A DNA stretch of 64,000 nucleotides from Macrostomum hystrix (GCA_950097015.1 CATNEN010000005.1:310001-374000), one strand, 5' to 3'; counted from the stretch's first letter, positions 47,801 to 62,799 are shown. Program-made: numbers and translations. The notes: a model not told the origin generated them from the letters alone.

Positions 47801-50800
47801 TCAATCTGTGGATCTGGGAGAATGAGAACTTTAATCTGAGGATCTGGGAGAATGAGAACTTTAATCTGATGATCTGGGAGAATGAGAACTTTAATCTGAT
47901 GATCTGGGAGAATGAGAACTTTAATCTGATGATCTGGGAGAATGAGAACTTTAATCTGATGATCTGGGAGAATGAGAACTTTAATCTGATGATCTGGGAG
48001 CATGAGAACTTTAATCTGATGATCTGGGAGAATGAGAACTTTAATATGATGATGTGGGAGAATGAGAACTTTAATCTGATGATCTGGGAGAATGAGAACT
48101 TTAATCTGATGATCTGGGAGAATGAGAACTATAATCTGAGGATCTGGGAGGATGAGAACTTTAGTCTGAGGATCTGGGAGAATTAGAACTTCAATCTGAG
48201 GATCTGGGAGAATGAGAACTATAATCTGAGGATCTGGGAGAATGAGAACTTAAGTCTGAGGATCTGGGACAATTAGAACTTTAATCTGATGATCTGGGAG
48301 AATGAGAGCTTCAATCTGAGGATCTGGGAGAATGAGAACTTAAGTCTGAGGATCTGGGAGGATGAGAACTTCAATCTGTGGATCTGGGAGAATGAGAACT
48401 TTAATCTGAGGATCTGGGAGAATGAGAACTTTAATCTGATGATCTGGGAGAATGAGAACTTTAATCTGATGATCTGGGAGAATGAGAACTTTAATCTGAT
48501 GATCTGGGAGAATGAGAACTTTAATCTGATGATCTGGGAGAATGAGAACTATAATCTGATGATCTGGGAGAATGAGAACTTTAATCTGAGGATCTGGGAG
48601 AATGAGAACTATAATCTGAGGATCTGGGAGAATGAGAACTTTAATCTGAGGATCTGGGAGAATGAGAACTATAATCTGAGGATCTGGGAGAATGAGAACT
48701 TTAATCTGAGGATCTGGGAGAATGAGAACTATAATCTGATGATCTGGGAGAATGAGAACTTTAATCTGATGATCTGGGAGAATGAGAACTATAATCTGAG
48801 GATCTGGGAGAATGAGAACTTTAATCTGAGGATCTGCGAGAATGAGAACTTTAATCTGAGGATCTGGGAGAATGAGAACTATAATCTGAGGATCTGGGAG
48901 AATGAGAACTTTAATCTGAGGATCTGGGAGAATGAGAACTTTAATCTGAGGATCTGGGAGAATGAGAACTTTAATCTGATGATCTGGGAGAATGAGAACT
49001 ATAATCTGACGATCTGGGATAATGAGAACTTTAATCTGAGGATCTGGGAGAATGAAAACTATAATCTGAGGATCTGGGAGAATGAGAACTTTAATCTGAG
49101 GATCTGGGAGAATGAGAACTTTAATCTGAGGATCTGGGAGAATGAGAACTTTAATCTGAGGATCTGGGAGAATGAGAACTTTAATCTGACGATTTAGGAG
49201 AATGAGAACTTAAGTCTGAGGATCTGGGAGAATGAGAACTTAAGTCTGAGGATCTGGGAGAATGAGAACTTTAATCTGACGATTTAGGAGAATGAGAACT
49301 TAAGTCTGAGGATCTGGGAGAATGAGAACTTTAGTCTGAGGATCTGGGAGAATGAGAACTTTAATCTGATGATCTGGGAGAATGAGAACTTTAATCTGAC
49401 GATTTAGGAGAATGAGAACTTAAGTCTGAGGATCTGGGAGAATGAGAACTTTAATCTGACGATTTAGGAGAATGAGAACTTAAGTCTGAGGATCTGGGTG
49501 AATGAGAACTTTAGTCTGAGGATCTGGGAGAATGAGAACTTAAGTCTGAGGATCTGGGAGAATGAGAACTTTAGTCTGAGGATCTGGGACAATTAGAACT
49601 TTAATCTGATGATCTGGGAGAATGAGAGCTTCAATCTGAGGATCTGGGAGAATGAGAACTTAAGTCTGAGGATCTGGGAGGATGAGAACTTCAATCTGAT
49701 GATCTGGGAGGATGAGAGCTTCAATCTGAGGATCTGGGAGAATGAGAACTATAATCTGAGGATCTGGGAGAATGAGAACTCTAATCTAAGGATCTGGGAG
49801 AATGAGAACTATAATCTGAGGATCTGGGAGAATGAGAACTTTAATCTGATGATCTGGGAGAATGAGAACTTTAGTCTGAGGATCTGGGAGAATGAGAACT
49901 TTAATCTGATGATCTGGGAGAATGAGAACTTTAATCTGACGATTTAGGAGAATGAGAACTTAAGTCTGAGGATCTGGGAGAATGAGAACTTTAATCTGAC
50001 GATTTAGGAGAATGAGAACTTAAGTCTGAGGATCTGGGTGAATGAGAACTTTAGTCTGAGGATCTGGGAGAATGAGAACTTAAGTCTGAGGATCTGGGAG
50101 AATGAGAACTTTAGTCTGAGGATCTGGGACAATGAGAACTTTAATCTGATGATCTGGGAGAATGAGAACTTTAATCTGATGATCTGGGAGAATGAGAACT
50201 TTAATCTGATGATCTGGGAGAATGAGAACTTTAATCTGATGATCTGGGAGAATGAGAACTTTAATCTGATGATCTGGGAGCATGAGAACTTTAATCTGAT
50301 GATCTGGGAGAATGAGAACTTTAATATGATGATGTGGGAGAATGAGAACTTTAATCTGATGATCTGGGAGAATGAGAACTTTAATCTGATGATCTGGGAG
50401 AATGAGAACTATAATCTGAGGATCTGGGAGGATGAGAACTTTAGTCTGAGGATCTGGGAGAATTAGAACTTCAATCTGAGGATCTGGGAGAATGAGAACT
50501 ATAATCTGAGGATCTGGGAGAATGAGAACTTAAGTCTGAGGATCTGGGACAATTAGAACTTTAATCTGATGATCTGGGAGAATGAGAGCTTCAATCTGAG
50601 GATCTGGGAGAATGAGAACTTAAGTCTGAGGATCTGGGAGGATGAGAACTTCAATCTGATGATCTGGGAGGATGAGAGCTTCAATCTGAGGATCTGGGAG
50701 AATGAGAACTATAATCTGAGGATCTGGGAGAATGAGAACTCTAATCTGAGGATCTGGGAGAATGAGAACTATAATCTGAGGATCTGGGAGAATGAGAACT

Positions 50801-53800
50801 TTAATCTGATGATCTGGGAGAATGAGAACTTTAGTCTGAGGATCTGGGACAATGAGAACTATAATCTGATGATCTGGGAGAATGAGAGCTTCAATCTGAG
50901 GATCTGGGAGAATGAGAACTTAAGTCTGAGGATCTGGGAGGATGAGAACTTCAATCTGATGATCTGGGAGGATGAGAGCTTTAATCTGAGGATCTGGGAG
51001 AATGAGAACTATAATCTGAGGATCTGGGAGAATGAGAACTCTAATCTGAGGATCTGGGAGAATGAGAACTATAATCTGAGGATCTGGGAGAATGAGAACT
51101 TTAGTCTGAGGATCTGGGACAATGAGAACTTTAATCTGATGATCTGGGAGAATGAGAGCTTCAATCTGAGGATCTGGGAGAATGAGAACTTAAGTCTGAG
51201 GATCTGGGAGGATGAGAACTTCAATCTGTGGATCTGCGAGAATGAGAACTTTAATCTGAGGATCTGGGAGAATGAGAACTTTAATCTGATGATCTGGGAG
51301 AATGAGAACTTTAATCTGACGATTTAGGAGAATGAGAACTTAAGTCTGAGGATCTGGGTGAATGAGAACTTTAGTCTGAGGATCTGGGAGAATGAGAACT
51401 TAAGTCTGAGGATCTGGGAGAATGAGAACTTTAGTCTGAGGATCTGGGACAATGAGAACTTTAATCTGATGATCTGGGAGAATGAGAGCTTCAATCTGAG
51501 GATCTGGGAGAATGAGAACTTAAGTCTGAGGATCTGGGAGGATGAGAACTTCAATCTGATGATCTGGGAGGATGAGAGCTTTAATCTGAGGATCTGGGAG
51601 AATGAGAACTATAATCTGAGGATCTGGGAGAATGAGAACTCTAATCTGAGGATCTGGGAGAATGAGAACTATAATCTGAGGATCTGGGAGAATGAGAACT
51701 TTAGTCTGAGGATCTGGGACAATGAGAACTTTAATCTGATGATCTGGGAGAATGAGAGCTTCAATCTGAGGATCTGGGAGAATGAGAACTTAAGTCTGAG
51801 GATCTGGGAGGATGAGAACTTCAATCTGATGATCTGGGAAGATGAGAGCTTCAATCTGTGGATCTGGGAGAATGAGAACTTTAATCTGAGGATCTGGGAG
51901 AATGAGAACTTTAATCTGATGATCTGGGAGAATGAGAACTTTAATCTGATGATCTGGGAGAATGAGAACTTTAATCTGATGATCTGGGAGAATGAGAACT
52001 TTAATCTGATGATCTGGGAGAATGAGAACTTTAATCTGATGATCTGGGAGCATGAGAACTTTAATCTGATGATCTGGGAGAATGAGAACTTTAATATGAT
52101 GATGTGGGAGAATGAGAACTTTAATCTGATGATCTGGGAGAATGAGAACTTTAATCTGATGATCTGGGAGAATGAGAACTATAATCTGAGGATCTGGGAG
52201 GATGAGAACTTTAGTCTGAGGATCTGGGAGAATTAGAACTTCAATCTGAGGATCTGGGAGAATGAGAACTATAATCTGAGGATCTGGGAGAATGAGAACT
52301 TAAGTCTGAGGATCTGGGACAATTAGAACTTTAATCTGATGATCTGGGAGAATGAGAGCTTCAATCTGAGGATCTGGGAGAATGAGAACTTAAGTCTGAG
52401 GATCTGGGAGGATGAGAACTTCAATCTGTGGATCTGGGAGAATGAGAACTTTAATCTGAGGATCTGGGAGAATGAGAACTTTAATCTGATGATCTGGGAG
52501 AATGAGAACTTTAATCTGATGATCTGGGAGAATGAGAACTTTAATCTGATGATCTGGGAGAATGAGAACTTTAATCTGATGATCTGGGAGAATGAGAACT
52601 ATAATCTGATGATCTGGGAGAATGAGAACTTTAATCTGAGGATCTGGGAGAATGAGAACTATAATCTGAGGATCTGGGAGAATGAGAACTTTAATCTGAG
52701 GATCTGGGAGAATGAGAACTATAATCTGAGGATCTGGGAGAATGAGAACTTTAATCTGAGGATCTGGGAGAATGAGAACTATAATCTGATGATCTGGGAG
52801 AATGAGAACTTTAATCTGATGATCTGGGAGAATGAGAACTATAATCTGAGGATCTGGGAGAATGAGAACTTTAATCTGAGGATCTGCGAGAATGAGAACT
52901 TTAATCTGAGGATCTGGGAGAATGAGAACTATAATCTGAGGATCTGGGAGAATGAGAACTTTAATCTGAGGATCTGGGAGAATGAGAACTTTAATCTGAG
53001 GATCTGGGAGAATGAGAACTTTAATCTGATGATCTGGGAGAATGAGAACTATAATCTGACGATCTGGGATAATGAGAACTTTAATCTGAGGATCTGGGAG
53101 AATGAAAACTATAATCTGAGGATCTGGGAGAATGAGAACTTTAATCTGAGGATCTGGGAGAATGAGAACTTTAATCTGAGGATCTGGGAGAATGAGAACT
53201 TTAATCTGAGGATCTGGGAGAATGAGAACTTTAATCTGACGATTTAGGAGAATGAGAACTTAAGTCTGAGGATCTGGGAGAATGAGAACTTAAGTCTGAG
53301 GATCTGGGAGAATGAGAACTTTAATCTGACGATTTAGGAGAATGAGAACTTCAGTCTGAGGATCTGGGAGAATCTGACGATTTAGGAGAATGAGAACTTA
53401 AGTCTGAGGATCTGGGAGAATGAGAACTTAAGTCTGAGGATCTGGGAGAATGAGAACTTTAATCTGACGATTTAGGAGAATGAGAACTTAAGTCTGAGGA
53501 TCTGGGAGAATGAGAACTTTAATCTGACGATTTAGGAGAATGAGAACTTAAGTCTGAGGATCTGGGAGAATGAGAACTTTAGTCTGAGGATCTGGGAGAA
53601 TGAGAACTTTAATCTGATGATCTGGGAGAATGAGAACTTTAATCTGACGATTTAGGAGAATGAGAACTTAAGTCTGAGGATCTGGGAGAATGAGAACTTT
53701 AATCTGACGATTTAGGAGAATGAGAACTTAAGTCTGAGGATCTGGGTGAATGAGAACTTTAGTCTGAGGATCTGGGAGAATGAGAACTTAAGTCTGAGGA

Positions 53801-56800
53801 TCTGGGAGAATGAGAACTTAAGTCTGAGGATCTGGGAGGATGAGAACTTCAATCTGATGATCTGGGAGGATGAGAGCTTCAATCTGAGGATCTGGGAGAA
53901 TGAGAACTATAATCTGAGGATCTGGGAGAATGAGAACTCTAATCTAAGGATCTGGGAGAATGAGAACTATAATCTGAGGATCTGGGAGAATGAGAACTTT
54001 AATCTGATGATCTGGGAGAATGAGAACTTTAGTCTGAGGATCTGGGAGAATGAGAACTTTAATCTGATGATCTGGGAGAATGAGAACTTTAATCTGACGA
54101 TTTAGGAGAATGAGAACTTAAGTCTGAGGATCTGGGAGAATGAGAACTTTAATCTGACGATTTAGGAGAATGAGAACTTAAGTCTGAGGATCTGGGTGAA
54201 TGAGAACTTTAGTCTGAGGATCTGGGAGAATGAGAACTTAAGTCTGAGGATCTGGGAGAATGAGAACTTTAGTCTGAGGATCTGGGACAATGAGAACTTT
54301 AATCTGATGATCTGGGAGAATGAGAACTTTAATCTGATGATCTGGGAGAATGAGAACTTTAATCTGATGATCTGGGAGAATGAGAACTTTAATCTGATGA
54401 TCTGGGAGAATGAGAACTTTAATCTGATGATCTGGGAGCATGAGAACTTTAATCTGATGATCTGGGAGAATGAGAACTTTAATATGATGATGTGGGAGAA
54501 TGAGAACTTTAATCTGATGATCTGGGAGAATGAGAACTTTAATCTGATGATCTGGGAGAATGAGAACTATAATCTGAGGATCTGGGAGGATGAGAACTTT
54601 AGTCTGAGGATCTGGGAGAATTAGAACTTCAATCTGAGGATCTGGGAGAATGAGAACTATAATCTGAGGATCTGGGAGAATGAGAACTTAAGTCTGAGGA
54701 TCTGGGACAATTAGAACTTTAATCTGATGATCTGGGAGAATGAGAGCTTCAATCTGAGGATCTGGGAGAATGAGAACTTAAGTCTGAGGATCTGGGAGGA
54801 TGAGAACTTCAATCTGATGATCTGGGAGGATGAGAGCTTCAATCTGAGGATCTGGGAGAATGAGAACTATAATCTGAGGATCTGGGAGAATGAGAACTCT
54901 AATCTGAGGATCTGGGAGAATGAGAACTATAATCTGAGGATCTGGGAGAATGAGAACTTTAATCTGATGATCTGGGAGAATGAGAACTTTAGTCTGAGGA
55001 TCTGGGACAATGAGAACTATAATCTGATGATCTGGGAGAATGAGAGCTTCAATCTGAGGATCTGGGAGAATGAGAACTTAAGTCTGAGGATCTGGGAGGA
55101 TGAGAACTTCAATCTGATGATCTGGGAGGATGAGAGCTTTAATCTGAGGATCTGGGAGAATGAGAACTATAATCTGAGGATCTGGGAGAATGAGAACTCT
55201 AATCTGAGGATCTGGGAGAATGAGAACTATAATCTGAGGATCTGGGAGAATGAGAACTTTAGTCTGAGGATCTGGGACAATGAGAACTTTAATCTGATGA
55301 TCTGGGAGAATGAGAGCTTCAATCTGAGGATCTGGGAGAATGAGAACTTAAGTCTGAGGATCTGGGAGGATGAGAACTTCAATCTGTGGATCTGCGAGAA
55401 TGAGAACTTTAATCTGAGGATCTGGGAGAATGAGAACTTTAATCTGATGATCTGGGAGAATGAGAACTTTAATCTGACGATTTAGGAGAATGAGAACTTA
55501 AGTCTGAGGATCTGGGTGAATGAGAACTTTAGTCTGAGGATCTGGGAGAATGAGAACTTAAGTCTGAGGATCGGGGAGAATGAGAACTTTAGTCTGAGGA
55601 TCTGGGACAATGAGAACTTTAATCTGATGATCTGGGAGAATGAGAGCTTCAATCTGAGGATCTGGGAGAATGAGAACTTAAGTCTGAGGATCTGGGAGGA
55701 TGAGAACTTCAATCTGATGATCTGGGAGGATGAGAGCTTTAATCTGAGGATCTGGGAGAATGAGAACTATAATCTGAGGATCTGGGAGAATGAGAACTCT
55801 AATCTGAGGATCTGGGAGAATGAGAACTATAATCTGAGGATCTGGGAGAATGAGAACTTTAGTCTGAGGATCTGGGACAATGAGAACTTTAATCTGATGA
55901 TCTGGGAGAATGAGAGCTTCAATCTGAGGATCTGGGAGAATGAGAACTTAAGTCTGAGGATCTGGGAGGATGAGAACTTCAATCTGATGATCTGGGAAGA
56001 TGAGAGCTTCAATCTGTGGATCTGGGAGAATGAGAACTTTAATCTGAGGATCTGGGAGAATGAGAACTTTAATCTGATGATCTGGGAGAATGAGAACTTT
56101 AATCTGATGATCTGGGAGAATGAGAACTTTAATCTGATGATCTGGGAGAATGAGAACTTTAATCTGATGATCTGGGAGAATGAGAACTTTAATCTGATGA
56201 TCTGGGAGCATGAGAACTTTAATCTGATGATCTGGGAGAATGAGAACTTTAATATGATGATGTGGGAGAATGAGAACTTTAATCTGATGATCTGGGAGAA
56301 TGAGAACTTTAATCTGATGATCTGGGAGAATGAGAACTATAATCTGAGGATCTGGGAGGATGAGAACTTTAGTCTGAGGATCTGGGAGAATTAGAACTTC
56401 AATCTGAGGATCTGGGAGAATGAGAACTATAATCTGAGGATCTGGGAGAATGAGAACTTAAGTCTGAGGATCTGGGACAATTAGAACTTTAATCTGATGA
56501 TCTGGGAGAATGAGAGCTTCAATCTGAGGATCTGGGAGAATGAGAACTTAAGTCTGAGGATCTGGGAGGATGAGAACTTCAATCTGTGGATCTGGGAGAA
56601 TGAGAACTTTAATCTGAGGATCTGGGAGAATGAGAACTTTAATCTGATGATCTGGGAGAATGAGAACTTTAATCTGATGATCTGGGAGAATGAGAACTTT
56701 AATCTGATGATCTGGGAGAATGAGAACTTTAATCTGATGATCTGGGAGAATGAGAACTATAATCTGATGATCTGGGAGAATGAGAACTTTAATCTGAGGA

Positions 56801-59800
56801 TCTGGGAGAATGAGAACTATAATCTGAGGATCTGGGAGAATGAGAACTTTAATCTGAGGATCTGGGAGAATGAGAACTATAATCTGAGGATCTGGGAGAA
56901 TGAGAACTTTAATCTGAGGATCTGGGAGAATGAGAACTATAATCTGATGATCTGGGAGAATGAGAACTTTAATCTGATGATCTGGGAGAATGAGAACTAT
57001 AATCTGAGGATCTGGGAGAATGAGAACTTTAATCTGAGGATCTGCGAGAATGAGAACTTTAATCTGAGGATCTGGGAGAATGAGAACTATAATCTGAGGA
57101 TCTGGGAGAATGAGAACTTTAATCTGAGGATCTGGGAGAATGAGAACTTTAATCTGAGGATCTGGGAGAATGAGAACTTTAATCTGATGATCTGGGAGAA
57201 TGAGAACTATAATCTGACGATCTGGGATAATGAGAACTTTAATCTGAGGATCTGGGAGAATGAAAACTATAATCTGAGGATCTGGGAGAATGAGAACTTT
57301 AATCTGAGGATCTGGGAGAATGAGAACTTTAATCTGAGGATCTGGGAGAATGAGAACTTTAATCTGAGGATCTGGGAGAATGAGAACTTTAATCTGACGA
57401 TTTAGGAGAATGAGAACTTAAGTCTGAGGATCTGGGAGAATGAGAACTTAAGTCTGAGGATCTGGGAGAATGAGAACTTTAATCTGACGATTTAGGAGAA
57501 TGAGAACTTCAGTCTGAGGATCTGGGAGAATCTGACGATTTAGGAGAATGAGAACTTAAGTCTGAGGATCTGGGAGAATGAGAACTTAAGTCTGAGGATC
57601 TGGGAGAATGAGAACTTTAATCTGACGATTTAGGAGAATGAGAACTTAAGTCTGAGGATCTGGGAGAATGAGAACTTTAATCTGACGATTTAGGAGAATG
57701 AGAACTTAAGTCTGAGGATCTGGGAGAATGAGAACTTTAGTCTGAGGATCTGGGAGAATGAGAACTTTAATCTGATGATCTGGGAGAATGAGAACTTTAA
57801 TCTGACGATTTAGGAGAATGAGAACTTAAGTCTGAGGATCTGGGAGAATGAGAACTTTAATCTGACGATTTAGGAGAATGAGAACTTAAGTCTGAGGATC
57901 TGGGTGAATGAGAACTTTAGTCTGAGGATCTGGGAGAATGAGAACTTAAGTCTGAGGATCTGGGAGAATGAGAACTTTAGTCTGAGGATCTGGGACAATG
58001 AGAACTTTAATCTGATGATCTGGGAGAATGAGAACTTTAATCTGATGATCTGGGAGAATGAGAACTTTAATCTGATGATCTGGGAGAATGAGAACTTTAA
58101 TCTGATGATCTGGGAGAATGAGAACTTTAATCTGATGATCTGGGAGCATGAGAACTTTAATCTGATGATCTGGGAGAATGAGAACTTTAATATGATGATG
58201 TGGGAGAATGAGAACTTTAATCTGATGATCTGGGAGAATGAGAACTTTAATCTGATGATCTGGGAGAATGAGAACTATAATCTGAGGATCTGGGAGGATG
58301 AGAACTTTAGTCTGAGGATCTGGGAGAATTAGAACTTCAATCTGAGGATCTGGGAGAATGAGAACTATAATCTGAGGATCTGGGAGAATGAGAACTTAAG
58401 TCTGAGGATCTGGGACAATTAGAACTTTAATCTGATGATCTGGGAGAATGAGAGCTTCAATCTGAGGATCTGGGAGAATGAGAACTTAAGTCTGAGGATC
58501 TGGGAGGATGAGAACTTCAATCTGATGATCTGGGAGGATGAGAGCTTCAATCTGAGGATCTGGGAGAATGAGAACTATAATCTGAGGATCTGGGAGAATG
58601 AGAACTCTAATCTGAGGATCTGGGAGAATGAGAACTATAATCTGAGGATCTGGGAGAATGAGAACTTTAATCTGATGATCTGGGAGAATGAGAACTTTAG
58701 TCTGAGGATCTGGGACAATGAGAACTATAATCTGATGATCTGGGAGAATGAGAGCTTCAATCTGAGGATCTGGGAGAATGAGAACTTAAGTCTGAGGATC
58801 TGGGAGGATGAGAACTTCAATCTGATGATCTGGGAGGATGAGAGCTTTAATCTGAGGATCTGGGAGAATGAGAACTATAATCTGAGGATCTGGGAGAATG
58901 AGAACTCTAATCTGAGGATCTGGGAGAATGAGAACTATAATCTGAGGATCTGGGAGAATGAGAACTTTAGTCTGAGGATCTGGGACAATGAGAACTTTAA
59001 TCTGATGATCTGGGAGAATGAGAGCTTCAATCTGAGGATCTGGGAGAATGAGAACTTAAGTCTGAGGATCTGGGAGGATGAGAACTTCAATCTGATGATC
59101 TGGGAAGATGAGAGCTTCAATCTGTGGATCTGGGAGAATGAGAACTTTAATCTGAGGATCTGGGAGAATGAGAACTTTAATCTGATGATCTGGGAGAATG
59201 AGAACTTTAATCTGATGATCTGGGAGAATGAGAACTTTAATCTGATGATCTGGGAGAATGAGAACTTTAATCTGATGATCTGGGAGAATGAGAACTTTAA
59301 TCTGATGATCTGGGAGCATGAGAACTTTAATCTGATGATCTGGGAGAATGAGAACTTTAATATGATGATGTGGGAGAATGAGAACTTTAATCTGATGATC
59401 TGGGAGAATGAGAACTTTAATCTGATGATCTGGGAGAATGAGAACTATAATCTGAGGATCTGGGAGGATGAGAACTTTAGTCTGAGGATCTGGGAGAATT
59501 AGAACTTCAATCTGAGGATCTGGGAGAATGAGAACTATAATCTGAGGATCTGGGAGAATGAGAACTTAAGTCTGAGGATCTGGGACAATTAGAACTTTAA
59601 TCTGATGATCTGGGAGAATGAGAGCTTCAATCTGAGGATCTGGGAGAATGAGAACTTAAGTCTGAGGATCTGGGAGGATGAGAACTTCAATCTGTGGATC
59701 TGGGAGAATGAGAACTTTAATCTGAGGATCTGGGAGAATGAGAACTTTAATCTGATGATCTGGGAGAATGAGAACTTTAATCTGATGATCTGGGAGAATG

Positions 59801-60850
59801 AGAACTTTAATCTGATGATCTGGGAGAATGAGAACTTTAATCTGATGATCTGGGAGAATGAGAACTATAATCTGATGATCTGGGAGAATGAGAACTTTAA
59901 TCTGAGGATCTGGGAGAATGAGAACTATAATCTGAGGATCTGGGAGAATGAGAACTTTAATCTGAGGATCTGGGAGAATGAGAACTATAATCTGAGGATC
60001 TGGGAGAATGAGAACTTTAATCTGAGGATCTGGGAGAATGAGAACTATAATCTGATGATCTGGGAGAATGAGAACTTTAATCTGATGATCTGGGAGAATG
60101 AGAACTATAATCTGAGGATCTGGGAGAATGAGAACTTTAATCTGAGGATCTGCGAGAATGAGAACTTTAATCTGAGGATCTGGGAGAATGAGAACTATAA
60201 TCTGAGGATCTGGGAGAATGAGAACTTTAATCTGAGGATCTGGGAGAATGAGAACTTTAATCTGAGGATCTGGGAGAATGAGAACTTTAATCTGATGATC
60301 TGGGAGAATGAGAACTATAATCTGATGATCTGGGAGAATGAGAACTATAATCTGAGGATCTGGGAGAATGAGAACTTTAATCTGAGGATCTGGGAGAATG
60401 AGAACTTTAATCTGATGATCTGGGAGAATGAGAACTTTAATCTGATGATCTGGGAGAATGAGAACTATAATCTGATGATCTGGGAGAATGAGAACTATAA
60501 TCTGAGGATCTGGGAGAATGAGAACTTTAATCTGAGGATCTGCGAGAATGAGAACTTTAGTCTGAGGATCTGGGAGAATGAGAACTTTAATCTGATGATC
60601 TGGGAGAATGAGAGCTTCAATCTGAGGATCTGGGAGAATGAGAACTATAATCTGAGGATCTGGGAGAATGAGAACTTTAATCTGATGATCTGGGAGAATG
60701 AGAACTTTAGTCTGAGGATCTGGGACAATGAGAACTTTAATCTGATGATCTGGGAGAATGAGAGCTTCAATCTGAGGATCTGGGAGAATGAGAACTTCAA
60801 TCTGAGGATCTGGGAGAATGAGAACTTCAGTGTTAGGATGAGAACTTCAG
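41887..60850. repeat. ~19-kb 30-bp satellite (GAGAATGAGAACTTTAATCTGAGGATCTGG) with higher-order structure
   Basis: About 630 units; diagnostic variants recur at kb-scale periods. Confidence 0.99.
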
Positions 60851-60984
60851 TATGACAAAAAATGAGAACAAACACATGGTACAGAAATTTTGAGAAAAAA
60901 ATCTGTGATTAGAGAATGAGCAACCAGATTAGAAATCACCGAGAAATTACTGATTAGATTAGACATCCATGTGAGATGTCCTGA

Positions 60985-61230
60985 CAAACAGGCAGACAGA
61001 AAGACAGACAGACAGACAGGCAGACAGACAGGCAGACAGACAGGCAGGCAGACAGACAGGCAGACAGACAGGACAGGCAGACAGAAAGACAGGCAGACAG
61101 ACAGGCAGACAGAAAGACAGGCAGACAGACAGACAGACAGACAGACAGACAGGACAGGCAGACAGAAAGACAGGCAGACAGACAGGCAGACAGAAAGACA
61201 GGCAGACAGACAGACAGACAGACAGACAAA
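60985..61230. repeat. (GACA/GGCA)n microsatellite
   Basis: Direct. Confidence 0.97.
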
Positions 61231-62019
61231 AAACTTAAACAAATGCAAACACATATATTTTTGAAAACGTAAACGAGATAAATATAATACGTTGAGTGGT
61301 AGCAGCAGTAGTTGCATATATATTTAATGAATAAAAATTATTACCAGTTTATTACAAAAATTGCACTTTAAGAGCACAACTTAGAGGTTAGAAAAATACA
61401 TGTTCAGTGCGCTGATGTAGATAAATGAAAAGAACAAAAAACAGAACACATAACAACCGCCGCTGCTGCAGTTCTGGTAGCCGCTTTTCAGCTGGAGAAA
61501 CTGCGATTAGGGCGGACTCATTGACCGAATTCATTTTTTGAGTCGAATTATAACAGACAGATATACAGACAGGCGGATAAAAAACTTAAACAAATGCAAA
61601 CTTCTATTGATTCTAAAACGTTAACGAGATAAATATAATACGTTGAGTGGTAGCAGCAGTAATTGCGTACATATTTAATGAATAATAAATTAATAAAGTT
61701 AATTACAAATTACAAAATCTGCTGTTAAAAAAGCAGAGTATACAAAATACGAAAGGTTGAAAAAAATACACAATTTTATTGCACTGATTTAGATAAATTA
61801 GCAGAACATAAAACACAAATCAAGACCAGTTCAGTTAGGAAAACATATTTAACAAGTGGGTTCAACGCTGGACGGCAGATTCTCTGATCACCGAGCCGAG
61901 CCAGGAACCTGGCAGGCAGTTGGGATAAAATATGTTACAGAAACAGCTGATCATTGTCTTCATAGGCTTGGTTCTGAAGGTCTGGCCCCTTCATAAACAA
62001 TTTCCAAACTTTCCAAACT

Positions 62020-62352
62020 ATCCCCCTCCTTCCCAAACTACCCCTCCCCTTACCAAACTACCCCTCTCCTTCCCAAACTATCCCTCTCCTTCCCAAACTA
62101 CCCCTCTCCTTCCCAAACTACCCCTCTCCTTCCCAAACTACCCCTCTCCTTCCCAAACTACCCCTCTCCTTCCCAAACTACCCCTCTCCTTCCCAAACTA
62201 CCCCTCTCCTTCCCAAACTACCCCTCTCCTTCCCAAACTACCCCTCTCCTTCCCAAACTACCCCTCTCCTTCCCAAACTACCCCTCTCCTTCCCAAACTA
62301 CCACTCTCCTTCCCAAACTACCCCTCTCCTTCCCAAACTACCCCTCTCCTTC
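62020..62352. repeat. 20-bp repeat (CCCAAACTACCCCTCTCCTT)
   Basis: About 16 units in an intron. Confidence 0.97.
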
Positions 62353-62379
62353 ACAACAACTCCAAGAAACTTCACTCAC

Positions 62380-62738
62380 AGTTAAATTTGAAGCGACAGG
62401 CGGCAATTCGCGAATGGAGAATTTTTCTAGCATTCTCTTCCTCTGCTCAGAGTAGCACTGCATAGCGGCTAGTTCGCGTCGCAACGATCGCAGCAGATTG
62501 TAATCGGCGCTCTGAGCTCGCTGCAGTACAGGCAGGCTGGCGTAGTGACGCAGTCGGTTGTCGATGCGCAACAGGGCTGAATCTAATTCAGCGCAGCACT
62601 CGCGATTCTGACGTTTAAGTAGTTCAAGATCCTCTAGGCTGCCGATGCAGTGGAGGCGGTAGGACTCCTCGCGACTTTGGCAACGGGCGAACCGCTGCTG
62701 CTGCTGCTGTTTCGGTAGCTGCTTTTCAGTTGGAGGAT
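62380..62738 (-). CDS. Exon of a paralogue of the 28475-28800 coiled-coil exon; an upstream exon at about 63648-63960 continues off the window
   Basis: CGCAG acceptor and GTGAG donor. LHCIGSLEDLELLKRQNRE..IDNRLRHYASLPVLQRAQSADYNLLRSLRRELAAMQCYSEQRKRMLEKFSIRELPP aligns with [75 protein letters not shown]. Confidence 0.8.
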
Positions 62739-62799
62739 CTGCGATTAGGGCATAATCAAGGACAGAATTAAATTAACGAGTCAAAATAATAAAAAGAGA

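Noticed and set aside
41887-60855. Long + strand ORFs (IWENENFNLR)n
   Set aside because: Translation of a 30-bp satellite; variant units introduce stops (ATTTAG, AATTAG) and there are no splice or start signals
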